This document shows, piece by piece, positions 13,360-26,929 of a stretch of DNA of 64,000 nt. Made by a program: the position numbers and the translations under genes. Under the pieces are notes generated by a model. The model was not told where the DNA came from and did not search any database. It was given only the letters and a program-made list of their open reading frames with translations. Source of the stretch: the human T2T-CHM13v2.0 reference genome, Homo sapiens; the NCBI RefSeq assembly GCF_009914755.1, contig NC_060928.1. One strand, given 5' to 3'. Each line of letters opens with the position of its first letter. Position 1 is the stretch's first letter.

Positions 13360-14967
13360 CACTTTTGCTTTTAACAGATTGATTATTAAGTGTCTTGGTT
13401 TGGATCTCTTCAAATTTGTTCTAGTAGGAGTTTTTTTCAGATTTCTAGATGCTTTTGTGTCTTCCATCAAGTTTGAGTTTTGGCTAAAGGTTTTTGTTAT
13501 TATTTCTTTAAATATTATATCTTTCTCTTTCTCTTCTTCTGATACTCCCAGTAATCTGTATGTTTGTCCTACAGTTTCCTTAAGCTTTTAGTTTACTTTT
13601 TCTTTCTGCTCCTCAGGCATGATAGTTCATATTAACTTACCTTCAAGTTCACTAACTCTTTTGCCTACTCAATTCTGCTTTTGAACTCTTTCATCTCCAG
13701 AATTTCTTTTTGGTTATTTTTTATAATTTTTATCTCTTTACTTTTAGTTTTGTTTTGTTCATACATAGTTTTCCTGATTCTCTTTATTGCTTTATCAATT
13801 TTTTTTTTCATTTTTCAACTTAATTAAAGACAGTTGTTTTAAAGTCTTTGTCTAGTTTTTCCAGTGTTTGGGCTTCATTAGTATGGTTTCTGTCTATTTA
13901 CTTTCTTCCTTTGAATGGCTGCACTTTCCTGTTTTTATACACTATGAGGTTATTTTTGTTGAAAAATTGACTTTTAAATATTAAAATGTGGTAACTGTGG
14001 AGATTAAATTCTCCTCCTTCCTCAGGGTTTGTTGTTATTTTTGTTTTTGGAGTCTCTAATCATTTGTCTAGTGACTTTTCCAAACTATTTTTGCAGAGAC
14101 CATATTTCTCGTCTTGTGTGCCTCCTTGAAGTCTCTGTTCCTTAGCTTGTGTTTAAACAGAAGTTTTCTTGAACACCAGTAATTAAAATCTAAAACAAAT
14201 AAACACACAAATAGCCATCTTTACCAGCCTTTCCAGATTGGCTGTGTGTGGGGCCCCTCCTTCAACGCTTAACCAGACTTGCACTGAACATATGGATCAG
14301 CCCAAGTTAAAAGCTTAACATCTTGTTTTGTCATTTCTCAACATGTGTCATGCCCTGGTCACGCACATGACTTCCTAATTGCCCTTTCCATAACCTCCAT
14401 ATCGATTGCCCTAATTTCCCAAGAAAATTCCCTCTCAGATTTTCTGCCAAAGCCTTAAGCTGTCTATTATATTTCTCAACCATAAACTTTTGCCTCAGGC
14501 ATCCGCAGAATGTTTTGCAGCCTTGCAATGTTTTCAAGAAATGCCGAAACTTTTCCAATGTGAGTTCCGATTTAGGCAAAAAGAGAGACAAATGCCATGT
14601 GCTGGCTCTTCAGGTAGCTCCCAGACAGGTTAGAACATATCTACACAATAATTTGTGAAAAAGCTCTGCTCTGCTGCCTCCAGAACCAGGGACCAGCGTT
14701 CCTCACTGGGAACATGGGCTAATATCTTCAAGACTGCTACCCAACCATCAATGAGTGGGGCGAGGACAGATAAATATGCCATAGAGCTTCCCTACTGTTT
14801 TTAAGTTGACTTTTTCTGGTTTCAGCATTTACTTGGTTGCTGTGAACCTTTGACTGTCTTATAGAGTTCTGACAAATTTGGTTTTGATAGTTTCTGCTGG
14901 TTTTTTTATGTTTCTGTGGGGTACATGAGCTTGTAGCTGCCTACTCTGTAATTTTGCTGATATCACT
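13360..14967 (-). mobile_element. L1M 5' region (ORF1/5'UTR remnant)
   Basis: ORF1-antisense-like TTACCTTCAAGTTCACTAACTC and TTCATCTCCAGAATTTC; L1M 5'-end-like CCTACTCTGTAATTTTGCTGATATCAC. Confidence 0.65.
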
Positions 14968-15449
14968 GAAGTCTTCATTTCTGAAATGGTATCTTATTTT
15001 TTTCCTGAGTATTATTACATTGTTTCTGTTTTTGCAGTCAGAATTTCTGGTATTCTTTCATGCCTTTTACTTTTTCTTAATGTTTTAGCTAATTTTAAAA
15101 GAATATATTACTCTTCTCTGGGTATTATTTTGTTTTTCAGTAGTAAATATGAATTAGTTTTGTTGGAGACATAGATTTTATACATTATACAGATTGTGTC
15201 AGCAAGTCAATCAGAATTTATTATATGCCAACTGTATGTCAATTATATAGCATAGAAAGTAAAACAAACTTGGTTCAATTATTTATGATTAATGTTGCCC
15301 TAGACCTGTCTAGACAGTTAGAATTAGCAGATACTGCTGTGATGATTGCCTAACATAATACAGACAAAATGGAGATGAGAAATCTTAAGGGGACTTATAG
15401 GTCAATGAAACTTTTCTTCTGAACTTACCACCTCCCACCTTTATTACGC

Positions 15450-15790
15450 TATCATTTAGAAAATTGCTTATGAAGTTCTTCTGCGCAAAGTTTATTTCTG
15501 AAAATTGTGCCCTGCTTGAAATCCTTGTTTTAAGATCTTTACATGCTGCCTTATTCTTGTCACTCAATAATCAATTCAGATGTCACTCACTCATGGCGAC
15601 TCCTCCTCATTATCCTAGCTCAAGCTGCCTTTTCTAATCATCAATATATGATGCTGTTTTTTGAAATGTATTTGTTTTCATGCTTATCATCTGTATTTTC
15701 TCTCTAGAATGTAAGCTCCTTTAAGTTGGAGATGTTTTCAGCCATGGCCACATTACGTATGTAGTTTCTAAAAAGATACATAGCTCAGAA
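15450..15790 (+). mobile_element. L2 fragment
   Basis: CTAGAATGTAAGCTCCT L2-type motif. Confidence 0.5.
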
Positions 15791-17295
15791 TGGCTGTAGA
15801 TTTTTCTCTTCTTTGAAATGGATTTTTTTTTACCTCATTATTTCCTTGGACTAATTGATAATTTTACATAGGCACTGTCTACATAGGCATGCAAAATTTT
15901 ACTACTTAAGTAGTAAGCTAGAGTTATATTGTGTGCTTGAGCAATTATTAGCATTTAGACTATAGATTTTTATGAAGTAAATATTTAAAATGTTACTACA
16001 ACTATAATTAAATAATTGAATTTTAAATTTCTTTTAGGGTGACTTTCATACTATGAAGAAAAAAAGGTCATAAGGGTAATGTGTGCTAACAGAGCTGACT
16101 TACTCTCATACACTATTTAACTTTACGTTATGACATATAAGCCAAAACTCTACCCTTTTTCAAGCTGCTTTCCTAACAGAGTGTTTTTCAAAACAAACAA
16201 CAAAAATATTTGGAACAAATTAATTCTCAGTTTCAATATTTATAATTATTCCCCAAATATAGAGAAGTTTTAAGATACGTAAAATAGAGATAAAAACTAT
16301 GAAGGGTTTGCCTGTTCTCTGGAATTTATTGAGGTCATTTGTACTTATAGGATATCAGGTATGTGACACAGATCAATTCTCTTATATGTATTTCAACTTG
16401 TTTTCACAAACTTCTCATTCAGCCCTATAGCCATGCCAGACAGTAAAATTTTTGTTAACTATATGCAAAAGTTGATCTCCATGTGCAGATTGTTGAAGGA
16501 GAAAAAAACACTGGTTATAATTTTCAAAAACTAAAATGCTAAATAAAATGGCATTTCATTCATCCATTCATTCATTCATAATATTTTGAAATCTAGATCT
16601 TATATTTATACTTGGTCATAACATTTTATTTCTTTTATTGAGGATATTTCTTTGTATTAAGTTGGGGAAATTTATTTGCTAACTTTCATATTTTAAAAAA
16701 ATGTGTCTTCAAATAAAATTTTATATAAAATGACAGAGTAAAGAAATTTCCTCCAAATTTATTGGGGTTTTTTGGTTCTTCTGAAACAATAGTTTTATTG
16801 TATTTGATGCAAAATTTAAAATTCTGCTTTGTATATATATTTTCTGGTTTTCTTATGTTAGAGTTCACTATTTTAAGTGCAAAACAAACTGTTCTTTGCC
16901 TTTAGCTATATATTTATATATTTTTTAAAAATTAGAGGTTTAGGAAAACGTTCTATTTTAATGATCTCTTTTACTAACTTATGCATTCCTTATATATTAA
17001 AAACATACATGCCCACTGATTTATGAGATTCTCAGCCATAAAAAATTTATATGCATATTACATATATGCTACATATATGTATTAACCATATTTATATGTA
17101 GATAAATACTCTGTACTTGTGTGTATGTGCAGTAAACACACTCAAGCACATACCGCATGTATCTATATATGTATAGATGTTTATGCATGTATATATATCA
17201 TATAGCCAGACACACATACACCTATATGCATATTTAAATATATTGTCTACTGTGTTTTGCTGTGTCTACTATGCTTTTCATATTTCAGTGACATT

Positions 17296-17309
17296 GTTTC
17301 TATAGTAAC
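17296..17309. promoter_or_regulatory. RFX X-box-like motif GTTTCTATAGTAAC
   Basis: Fits GTHNYYATRRNAAC; motif match only, no binding evidence. Confidence 0.4.
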
Positions 17310-18339
17310 TAATGCACTGAAAAAATCAATGCAAAAAGGATTGAAATTTTACAAAAAGCCAACCCAGAAACATGCTTAAAAATTGATGTGCAGGGGGAGG
17401 TATTTGTCTTGGGTCATACATTTTGGAAGTGAATAAAGCAAAATGAAATCATTACTCTGTAACAAACTATGATCTAGCAAGGTTGGAATACCATATTCTT
17501 TTCTTTAACCAGCAAATTACCAAATTATTATGGTTTCTAAGAGCAACATGCACGGATCCACAAAACCTATAGGCAGTGTGAATCTGTCTATATTAGACAC
17601 AGTGTAAAGAGGATTAGGGTAATGGTGCCAGGCTGAGACACTATTTCCAAACTTTGGATCAAGTGTCTGTTTAAAAATACTTCTATTTGGAAAAAAAAAT
17701 GCCTTTCTGCTAAATTTTAAATGAATTATACCTAACGTAAATGGTAAGTGCCTGGGAAGAAGGTCAATTTGCAGTTATTTGCTGCAATTTTAATTCTAGA
17801 CATTTAAATCATTAGGAAAAACTAGAACATTAATATTTCATATTTTGTTAAAACCATATTCAAGCTAGAGTTTAAGTATACTAATAGCCAAAATGTTTAT
17901 GATAATAAAACAGATCTGAGTTAAACAAACAGAAACACAAAATAATATTTAAAATTTGAAAATAATTCAAAATCTGCTCTCTTAGCTTTCCCAGGTAGGT
18001 TACCTGTATTTCAAAGTACTTTCACTCTGTTGGTAAGGAAAAGGATATACAGTTGCTTTTGTAATAGCCATTCATACATATAATTTGATCATTTAGTATC
18101 AATGATCATTTAGTATGTTACACTTGCCTGTTATATAATTTTCACATTATTAGTTAAATAAATACATAATACAAGCTTTTTCTGTATGATGACATGAACA
18201 GTTAGAATTATTTTCTATAATAAAAAGATTAATTAAAGGCTTATTTATAATATAAATACATTGAGTAGTTGACTGTTCTTTCTCTTGTTAGTTCTTTGAG
18301 TCACAGTATTTTAAAATATGATATTTTAAATACAGTTTT

Positions 18340-19100
18340 AAAATACATATTTATTTGACAAATCTATATTGAACAAGTCATTAAAACAGAGCTCCTTCTG
18401 GACCTCTATTAAGACAGGGCTGATCACAAATAACATGATCACAAATAGTTATAAGACATATTTGACAAGTTTCATTACACAGTTATAGACAAAGTATTAG
18501 ATGAAGGAAAATCTGATGTGATTAGAAATATTTCAGTGTATTTCATGGTGTAAGTAACATTCCAGCTTACTTCATGGTATAACTGGCATTTCAGACAGGA
18601 CTTAAAGTGTGAGAAGGGATTTAATGAGGAGAAAAGAAGAAAATAACAGAAGGACCAGCACAAGTCAAAACAGAGAGGCATGATGGGTTCCAGGAAGGCT
18701 AAGCAGTCTGTCTGGGATGCCTAGAGCATAGAAGGCATATCAGATAAAGGCAAGAATGTGCAAAGCACTGAGAGCGGTAATGAGCTTTCATGTTGTTCAC
18801 TGGAGAGGAATTACATGGTTGCATCTGTATTGTACATATCTGATCGGACATACTATATATAACATATTGTGGAGAGTTAGTTGGTAGAAGAAGAGATTGA
18901 ATATATAGAAATTTGGGAAGAGTTAATAAAAGCTTAGCTATATGAGTATCTCTTGCAGTCCTGGCAGTGGATGAACTCACTTGGGAAAAGAATAAAAAGA
19001 ACACAGAAACACTTGGGGAACAATATTTTAGAAATTCTTCAAGGAAGAGGAATTAGGGAAGTAGAAATGGGAAGAAAGTTTAGAGATAACATTGGGAACT
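18340..19100 (-). mobile_element. L2 fragment
   Basis: Begins ATTTATTTGACAAATCTATATTGAAC; purine-rich L2-antisense-like body. Confidence 0.5.
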
Positions 19101-19864
19101 TAAGGGAAATATCAGTGGTACTTCATTAATACTATAACCTAAATAAAATTATAATATGGTTATTGTGAATTATATCAAAAGGGATAACTTTGTGCCAATT
19201 GCTAGATTTTTATGCAGATTTCATTAGTCTACTACTAACTTATTACCAATGAATTTGTGTTCCTTCAAACAGAAATGTGGTAAATGTAATGATGGGAAAA
19301 GGCTTTTCTATTTCATTTGATGATAAGAAAAATCATGAATGTTAGAATATATATTCTAATATACATATTAGAATGTAAGGCATATATGTGCCATTCTCAT
19401 TAGTATAGAAGTCATATATGTATGCTGTATTCTAATATGCATACTTTTTTGCATTATGTACTTGCATGTATCAACTAATTGCAATTTCATGTTTTGAACA
19501 ATAGTAACATACGTCTAAATACACAGAAAGCCTTACATAGGCAACATTTTTCTGTATGGAAAACAATGAATAAGTCCCTTAAAATGTGTAGACAAATATT
19601 GTAGTTAAATTTTTTAGTAGAGGAAAGCTGATATCCTGTTTGGTTGGCCTTAACTAACTACCAAATTTTTAAGTAGTGAAGTTTTTGTTCTTTGTTCTTC
19701 TTTCACGATTTTATGGTCCCTCTTCCTTCAGTACTCACCAACATGTAGTGTTCTCATGTGACTTCTATTCTTTCTCTTACCAAAGCATGCTTCCTTCCAT
19801 CTAATGATCAGTTGGAAAGCTTAGGACCACTGTGATCAAAAAGATTGAAAAAATAACTTTATAA

Positions 19865-20115
19865 AGTAATAGCATGAAACTAGTTTTGAGTCATACAGTC
19901 CTAAAGTTAAATTCTAGCTCCATACTGAAATGATTGCATGAATGTTGGCAAGTTACTTATCTGACCTATAACTTTTTCATCTGTTAATCAGATAATTAGA
20001 TATAATTTATAGGGCTGAGTTTAAGGATGTAATTCACAGGAAAAGCCCAGCACAATGCACAGGAAAAGCCCAGCACAATGCCTGGCAGTTTGCATTTACT
20101 AAACATGTGTTATGC
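19865..20115 (+). mobile_element. MIR with an internal 23-bp tandem duplication
   Basis: GGCAAGTTACTTA and TTTTCATCTGT core; CACAGGAAAAGCCCAGCACAATG x2 at 20035-20080. Confidence 0.7.
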
Positions 20116-20989
20116 TTACTCTTTCTCCCCTTCTTACAGAGGTTTGTGCATTTCAATAGAGCATAGCCCCTCAACACTAGGGAATGCATCTCTGCTCCAG
20201 AAACATCAGGCGCTACTGAGAGGCAGGTTAGACGGGTGTTTAGGAATTGGAAGCCTTTCTACCATCTCTGAAGTGGCACACCTGCTCTGCTTGCTTGGGA
20301 GGCCAGCATGGTCTGTCTAGTTGCCAACTCAATGAAAGGCTTTAAAAGCTTGCCAAAACATTTTTTCCTAGGCAATTTCCCTTAGGCTTCTAATTGCAAG
20401 TGAATTTTAAAATATGTGACCTATGATATTGACTATTTCTGAAAAAAAATCTTTATAGTTGGGTACCAGAGGCAGCAGTCCTGTGATTCTAAATCCCTTA
20501 CTGAGCAGAGAATTCTCATCTATCTGAATTGTATTTCTTTGTAAACTACCTTTAATGGTTTGGTTTGGGCAGCCTAATCTCCCTCTGGAGATAAGAAAGA
20601 AATTCTATGAATACAGCAAGTATTTGAAGACAGGAAGGGAGAAAAGGAGAAATATTTAATTAAGCAGAGAGCTTTACCTAGTTTTCCCTTACTGTTATTT
20701 ATAAGCAATACATTGGCTCTAGATTTATACCTATGCAGTTCCACAATCTTTATTCTGGCTCAAGCTTCTCTTTTTAATCTCATACTATTCCAAGACAACT
20801 TGTTGGAGGTAACTGTGCCCTACCTCTCTCTTTTCTGCATCTTTATCCTTCAGCTGGGATACACCCCCACCACTCCTTGTCCTCTTCATAAAATTGTTTT
20901 GATTCTTCTAGGATTAGCCTGTGTGCTGCTGCCTCTGCCTGTTTATGCATTCATGAGTTCGAATAAAAACACAGGCAGATAAACAAAAC

Positions 20990-21320
20990 CAAACCATTAC
21001 TGAGTGCCATATGCCAGATTCTAGACATAGAATAATAAAAAAAAATGCGGTTCTTTTCCTAAAAAAATTCATAGTCTGATGGGAACACCTGCATGCATAT
21101 CAACAAATTTAAAGCAATGAGAGACAAGTGAAAGTAGAGTCACATTCCACAGCCACCCAGCATTGTTCAACGGTATCATGGAGGCTTCATAAGATTAGTG
21201 ATGTTTGAATGGAGTCTTGAAAGATAAGAAGGAATATACTAGGTAGAGAGTGGAAGGGATTGGGGCAGAAGAAGCAGAGGTATGGAAGACCATATTGAGT
21301 CTAGGGAATCATCAGGTCTT
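20990..21320 (-). mobile_element. L2 fragment
   Basis: TACTGAGTGCCATATGCCAG and GAATGGAGTCTTGAAAGATAAGAAGGA. Confidence 0.5.
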
Positions 21321-21584
21321 TCAGAGCCCATATCTCTTAAAAAATCACATTGGCAATCCTGATTCAAAGTGATCTCCACAGGAAACTTTTGTGGGGTTTT
21401 CCCCCTTTTATATCAACTGTAAGTCTTCATTTTTATAGATAAGATATAGATATTTTTCTAGGTTAAATATTTGTGTTCTATTTTAAATTGCTTGGTGACT
21501 GATAAGTTGCTTGAGGGTAAGGACTAGGTCTCTTCTACTTTTTTATTCTTTAACACACCCATAACTGAGTTTTGTAATTATTTT

Positions 21585-21785
21585 TATTTATTGTTTACTC
21601 TGTACCAAGGACTCTTAAGAAATGTGGTTTTATATTTCTTTAACTCCAACTAAAACTCCATTAGGTTAGGTACTATTATTACCCTCAATCACAGTTAAAT
21701 AAGGCAATGCTTAGTGAGATCAAATGACCTTTCTAGGAGGCAAATTGAATTAAAAGATCTGATATCAGAGCCATAACTTAACAAA
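21585..21785 (-). mobile_element. MIR fragment
   Basis: AGGTACTATTATTACCC and GCTTAGTGAGATCAAATGACC. Confidence 0.5.
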
Positions 21786-22609
21786 TACTTTATTTAACCT
21801 TCGCAGGTAAGTCATTCTACATGTTCCTACTAAACTCTAAATGGACAAAGCAATTCTGAAATTAAAAATAATAGTTCAATTAAATAACTCTACGTGAAGA
21901 CAGTGTATCAGTATATGGAAATATTCAATGTAAATTGTATATTAGAAAAAAAATTGTGTATGTAAATTGTATATCAGAACAAAAGTTCTGGAAAGCCTTT
22001 ATATAATTGAAACAGTAAAAATCTCAAGGATGATTTTCACAACCTTGTATTGCTGTATCTAGTACATATTTTTAGGATCCAGGTGTTCATACTCTGAAGG
22101 TGCCATCTGGCATGGTCATTTCTAGAAAACAGGGCTGCTGTAGCTAACTCTACCTGGACAATCTCAGAGGAAGTAGGTTGTGATGGGGGAAGGTTGGAAA
22201 GGTAGTTGCGAGGGTCAGTGGATATAAAAAAGTTTGCCCATCTGTTGTAAATTTTTTTAAGTCTCCAAATTCCTTTGTTGCCAGTGTCCTGGTTATAGTG
22301 GAAGGGCCTCAAGTACGCATGATTCTTGTAATCTGGGCTTCTGGCTTCCATAAATGCCAGAGAATTTGCAACAGTAATGTGGTATACTGAGCATCTGCCT
22401 TTTAATGCAGCTTCCTCTTTCCATTCTAGGATCATCAACTCAGTTAATTAGAGGAGTGGCAGGGGTTACAATGCTAGCAAATTCTGCAGTATTATGTTAT
22501 TTGTAGAGAGTGCCCTGGAAATATAATGAGAAGAGAAAAATCCAAGTATTTCTGTTTCTCATTCAAACCCAGATGGAAAAATATGAGGTGAGACACTTAG
22601 AAAATCAGA

Positions 22610-23010
22610 GTAATTGAACAACATACTCAGACTGGTTTATTGGCATGAATGATGTCCCCTTCACAGTAGTTATCATAGGAGCCAAACAATACAATAATGT
22701 CACCATTGCTCATGCTGTTTGGGCTCTTGTGTTGGTGTTATCTTTGGATTCTGTGGGCTGTACTATGAATAATTCTCAACAGTAGCAAATCTTCAAACAG
22801 AAAGAGTCTGTTCTGTTTTTGCTATTAGCAGAAGTTAGAATGTGCCAAATTTGGTGAATAAAGTGGGTGATCAAAGTGGGAAGTATGATTTTTTTTGCCA
22901 AAAACAAAGTAGATTGCAAAATAATGAAACATTTTTGTCTTAATGTGGCTTAAAACAAGCTCTGTTTATTCCAAAAATTTTTCTAAAATTATTTTGAAAT
23001 ACTGCAGAAT
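22610..23010. mobile_element. MARNA (mariner-derived non-autonomous element)
   Basis: CCCCTTCACAGTAGTTATC, CACCATTGCTCA, GCAAATCTTC and TGGTGAATAAAGTGGGTGATCAA match my recollection of MARNA. Confidence 0.6.
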
Positions 23011-23624
23011 GTCTGTAGCATGTATTTTCCAATTATTTAATTAAATTAAATCCACAGATTCTCATAAATATATATAAATTTCAGTTTTCTTTGTAAATGT
23101 ATAGTTACACCTATTATTTTACATTTTTGTTGTTGAACAGCATTACAAATATTTTAAATCTTCTCATTTAAACAATCTTAAACTAACCAAAACAAACCTA
23201 TTTCAAACTAAGTTGAAATATTTTCAGAAGTTAAAAAGGATATTTTTTGAGACCTAAGAAGTTTTAAATCAAAACAAGAAAAGATTCAGAAACCAAACAC
23301 ATTGTACTCATTTAGGATAAAATAATTTGAGGTAATTATGAAGTGAGGAGTCAGATTCGTATTTTCTGAATTTAATTGTGTCATTGTATATATTATTTTT
23401 TACGTCGTATCACAGCCCTGTGTAGTAGATATTATTTTAACATTTGGTCGATTATCCAAGTTTACAGTCAATATTCAAAGTTTTGTCTGACTCCACAGCT
23501 TTTATCCAGCTCTAATACAAGACTTCATATATTCCCTTCTTCAGAAGAGAGAGGAGAAAAAAAACTTTGAGTGACAATTATTTTTAATTTTTACACTGTT
23601 AAGTGAATATACCTGAGAGGGCAT

Positions 23625-23810
23625 TGCTTTCAAAATCTTACTACTCAGAGTATGGCCAGCAGACAACACTCTGTGTGGCAGCATCAGTGTCTCCTGGTAG
23701 CTGACTAGTGAAGTAGAGTATTAGATGCCACACCAGATGTACCAAATCAGAAGCTATATTTTAACAAGTCCCCCCATGTGAATTGCTTTAGAGCAGTGAT
23801 CTTAAGCATA
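23625..23810. mobile_element. MER5A/B hAT-Charlie remnant
   Basis: CTACTCAGAGTATGGCC, GCAGCATCAG and AATCAGAAGCTATATTTTAACAAGTCCCCC. Confidence 0.6.
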
Positions 23811-24358
23811 TCTTTGGAAGTCTTTTAAACAATATTCTAGTGTCTTCTGCATTTTTTACAGGCTCTCAAACAGGACAAAATTTTTCAGCTATGAGGTGTG
23901 TCTAAAAGTATGAACTCATTTTGACTTCAGAACAATAAGAACTCTTGAAGGTCACCTTTAGCGTTTTAGTTAAATAACATGAAACTTACTATTAAGGAGG
24001 ACATGTTTGATAAGAGAAAAAAACCACTACTGCCTAAGTAGTCATACACTCTTCAAAATTGATACACAATGACTGAAAGGATTATTAAACTATGGTCAAT
24101 TACTGATGATTTATAACACACAATTTACGGTGATTCATTTTTTTTCTGGATACCTATCTTTGAATATGCTATTTTTAAAAATTATTTTGTCATTTAGACT
24201 TCTATTTTATACTGAATTGAAATAACATACTATGTTCCTAAAATATCATATGGAAAAGGGTTTAGCTTAGTGTTCATTGGTTGTGATATTTTTTAACAAA
24301 ATTTTCAAAATAACACATTTTTAAAGTGAATTTTATTAATTACTGTGTCTAGAATTAA

Positions 24359-24632
<274 letters not shown>

Positions 24633-25549
24633 AGTATAATGTGTCTAAATATCAAATTATAAAAAAGTAAAAAGATTATCATCAAACTACATTTCTACAC
24701 TCATGGTAAGATTTTTCATAATTTTTCTTATGAACATGCTTAAGCATTTTAAACACTGCTTGTAGCCTCTGCAAAAGTTAGCATGCTAAATGTATGTTTA
24801 AAAGAACTAAGAAAGGAAGGGAGGAAGAAATAAACAGGTTTCTGTTATGCAAAGTTGAGTGAGTTCAAGATGTTTATGTTCATCACCAGAACACGTGTAA
24901 AAATAGCTGTAATTCATTCATAAAGTCAATTCTTACCTCTGTTAACTTTCTTAAAGCATAGTTGTTTTGATATAGATTATTTCCCTTCAAATTTATTTAT
25001 GTGGAATAATTATATCCAATACAGAATAGTATTATTCAATAACAAAAAATGAATGTTGCAATAAGTCATTAAGGGTAGAGATTATTATTAGCTAAAATCA
25101 AAAGATTTTTTTTTCATTGAGGAGAGGTCTAGTATAGACTTTAAAGGGTGAATCACTGTTGGCTATGTCTCTGTGGTTAAAGAGACTTACTGATGATACC
25201 ACCTGTGTTCAGCAGAAGTAGAGAGTAGTTTTTTGTGGTAGTAACAGAGGGAAGTGCAGAGCTCCAAAAACAAAGGGAAAATATTTACTTATTTCGTCTG
25301 GATTTCTGCCATAGGCTATGATTACTTACCTGTCAAGATTTTCTATCCTGTCCTAAATATGCATCAACTCTCTGAGTGAGACTCCCCCTGTAATCCCGGT
25401 TCAAAGTACTGATACACAGAATATATTTTAAAACTGATACATTCAAGTCTGTATCTAAACTGGCTGTTGACCCACTGCCCTGTTTCCTACTACATTCCTT
25501 CATCAATTTTTAAGAGTAGTGGTTTCCCAGCAAAAAATAAGCAGCATAA

Positions 25550-26342
25550 ATAATGTGGAGAGAATGGAAATCTACTACATTGTTGGTGGGAAAGTAAATT
25601 AGTATGGCAATTATGGAAAATGGAGGTTCCTCAAAAAACTGAAAACTGAACTACCATATAATCCAGCAAATCCATCTCTTGGAATTCCATACCAAATCAG
25701 TATGTTGAAGGAATATCTTCACTCCCATGTTCATTATAGCATTATTCATAATGGCCAAGATATGAAATCAACCTAAGTGTCTGTCAGCAGGTGAAAGGAT
25801 AAAGAAAATATGGTACATATACATAGTGAAATATCATGTAGCTTTAGAAATGGGTGAAATTATTTTATTTGGGATGGCATGGATGAATCTAGAGAACATT
25901 ATGCTAAGTGAAATAAGTCAGGCACTGAGAGACAAATACCATATGATCTCATTTATGTGTGGAATTTAAAAAACATTGATTTCATAAGAAGTAGAGAGTA
26001 GAATGAGAGTTAACAGAGACTGGGTGGTGCTGGTGGTGGTGGTGGTGGTGGTGGTGAGGGAATGGAAAGTTCCTGGTCTAAGGTAATATGTCTCAGCTAG
26101 ACAAGAAGAATAAAATTTGAAATCTATTCCACAACAATAGAATCAATAATATTGTATTATATATTTCAAAGAAACTAAGAAGAAAGTAAATTTCAAACGT
26201 CTTACCACAGAAACTGAGTGATGCATGTTAATTTGCTTGATTTAATCATTCCACATTGTATACATACATCAAAAGATCACACTGTATTCCATAATGTAAT
26301 ACAATTATGACTTGTTTATAAAATAATATTAACCAAAAATAA
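25550..26342 (+). mobile_element. 5'-truncated L1MA (MA5-7-like) 3' end
   Basis: GAACTACCATATAATCCAGCA and CATTATGCTAAGTGAAATAAGTCAGGC; TSD-like AAATAA(G/T)CAGCATA on both sides; internal (GGT)n at ~26023-26056. Confidence 0.85.
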
Positions 26343-26364
26343 ATAATCAGCATATAATAGTGCT

Positions 26365-26600
26365 TAAGATGGGTGATTCTGGTGTCAGCTGGATCAGAGT
26401 TGTAATCACTTCTCTGCCACTCACTGGTATTGCTACCTTTATTCAACCTCATTTACAAGAGCTGTTTCCTCATCTGAGAAATGAGAATAATAAAAAGATG
26501 TATTTCAAAGAATTGCTGTAAAGATTAAATATGAAACACTTCATCTATATTAAGTTCATAACAAATGTTGGCTACTGTTATGTATTATTACTATGTACTT
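26365..26600 (+). mobile_element. MIR
   Basis: CTGTTTCCTCATCTGAGAAATGAGAATAATAA core. Confidence 0.75.
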
Positions 26601-26689
26601 CCCTTGTACTTTGCTCTTATAGACACTATGTCTTTTTTATATTACCTTATTTTAAAACTTGCTTATCATATCAATAAAATAGCATAATA

Positions 26690-26790
26690 CTTTCTTTTTT
26701 GTAGATGAAGAAACAGGCTCAGAAATGTTAAATTTATATCCCCACTATCAAGAAGCCAGCTAAGTGCCAATCTTGCACATTTAAATCCTC
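26690..26790 (-). mobile_element. MIR fragment
   Basis: TTTTGTAGATGAAGAAACAGGCTCAGA. Confidence 0.65.
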
Positions 26791-26929
26791 CATGTTTCTT
26801 AGTTTCCCATATTACATTCCTTATCTCAACTCCTTGGAATCAGATAGAATGGTGTAAGATCTCTAATTTCCTTAGTTCCCTTGAGAGCTAGAAAACATTT
26901 GACAAACTAAAAACAAAATTATCTAAACC

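Noticed and set aside
11542-13591. Several 60-124 aa ORFs
   Set aside because: L1 remnants or their antisense frames
22037-22438. 133-aa minus-strand ORF in apparently unique sequence
   Set aside because: No recognisable domain, splice context, poly(A) or TSD; this length is reachable by chance. BLASTp/PhyloCSF would settle it
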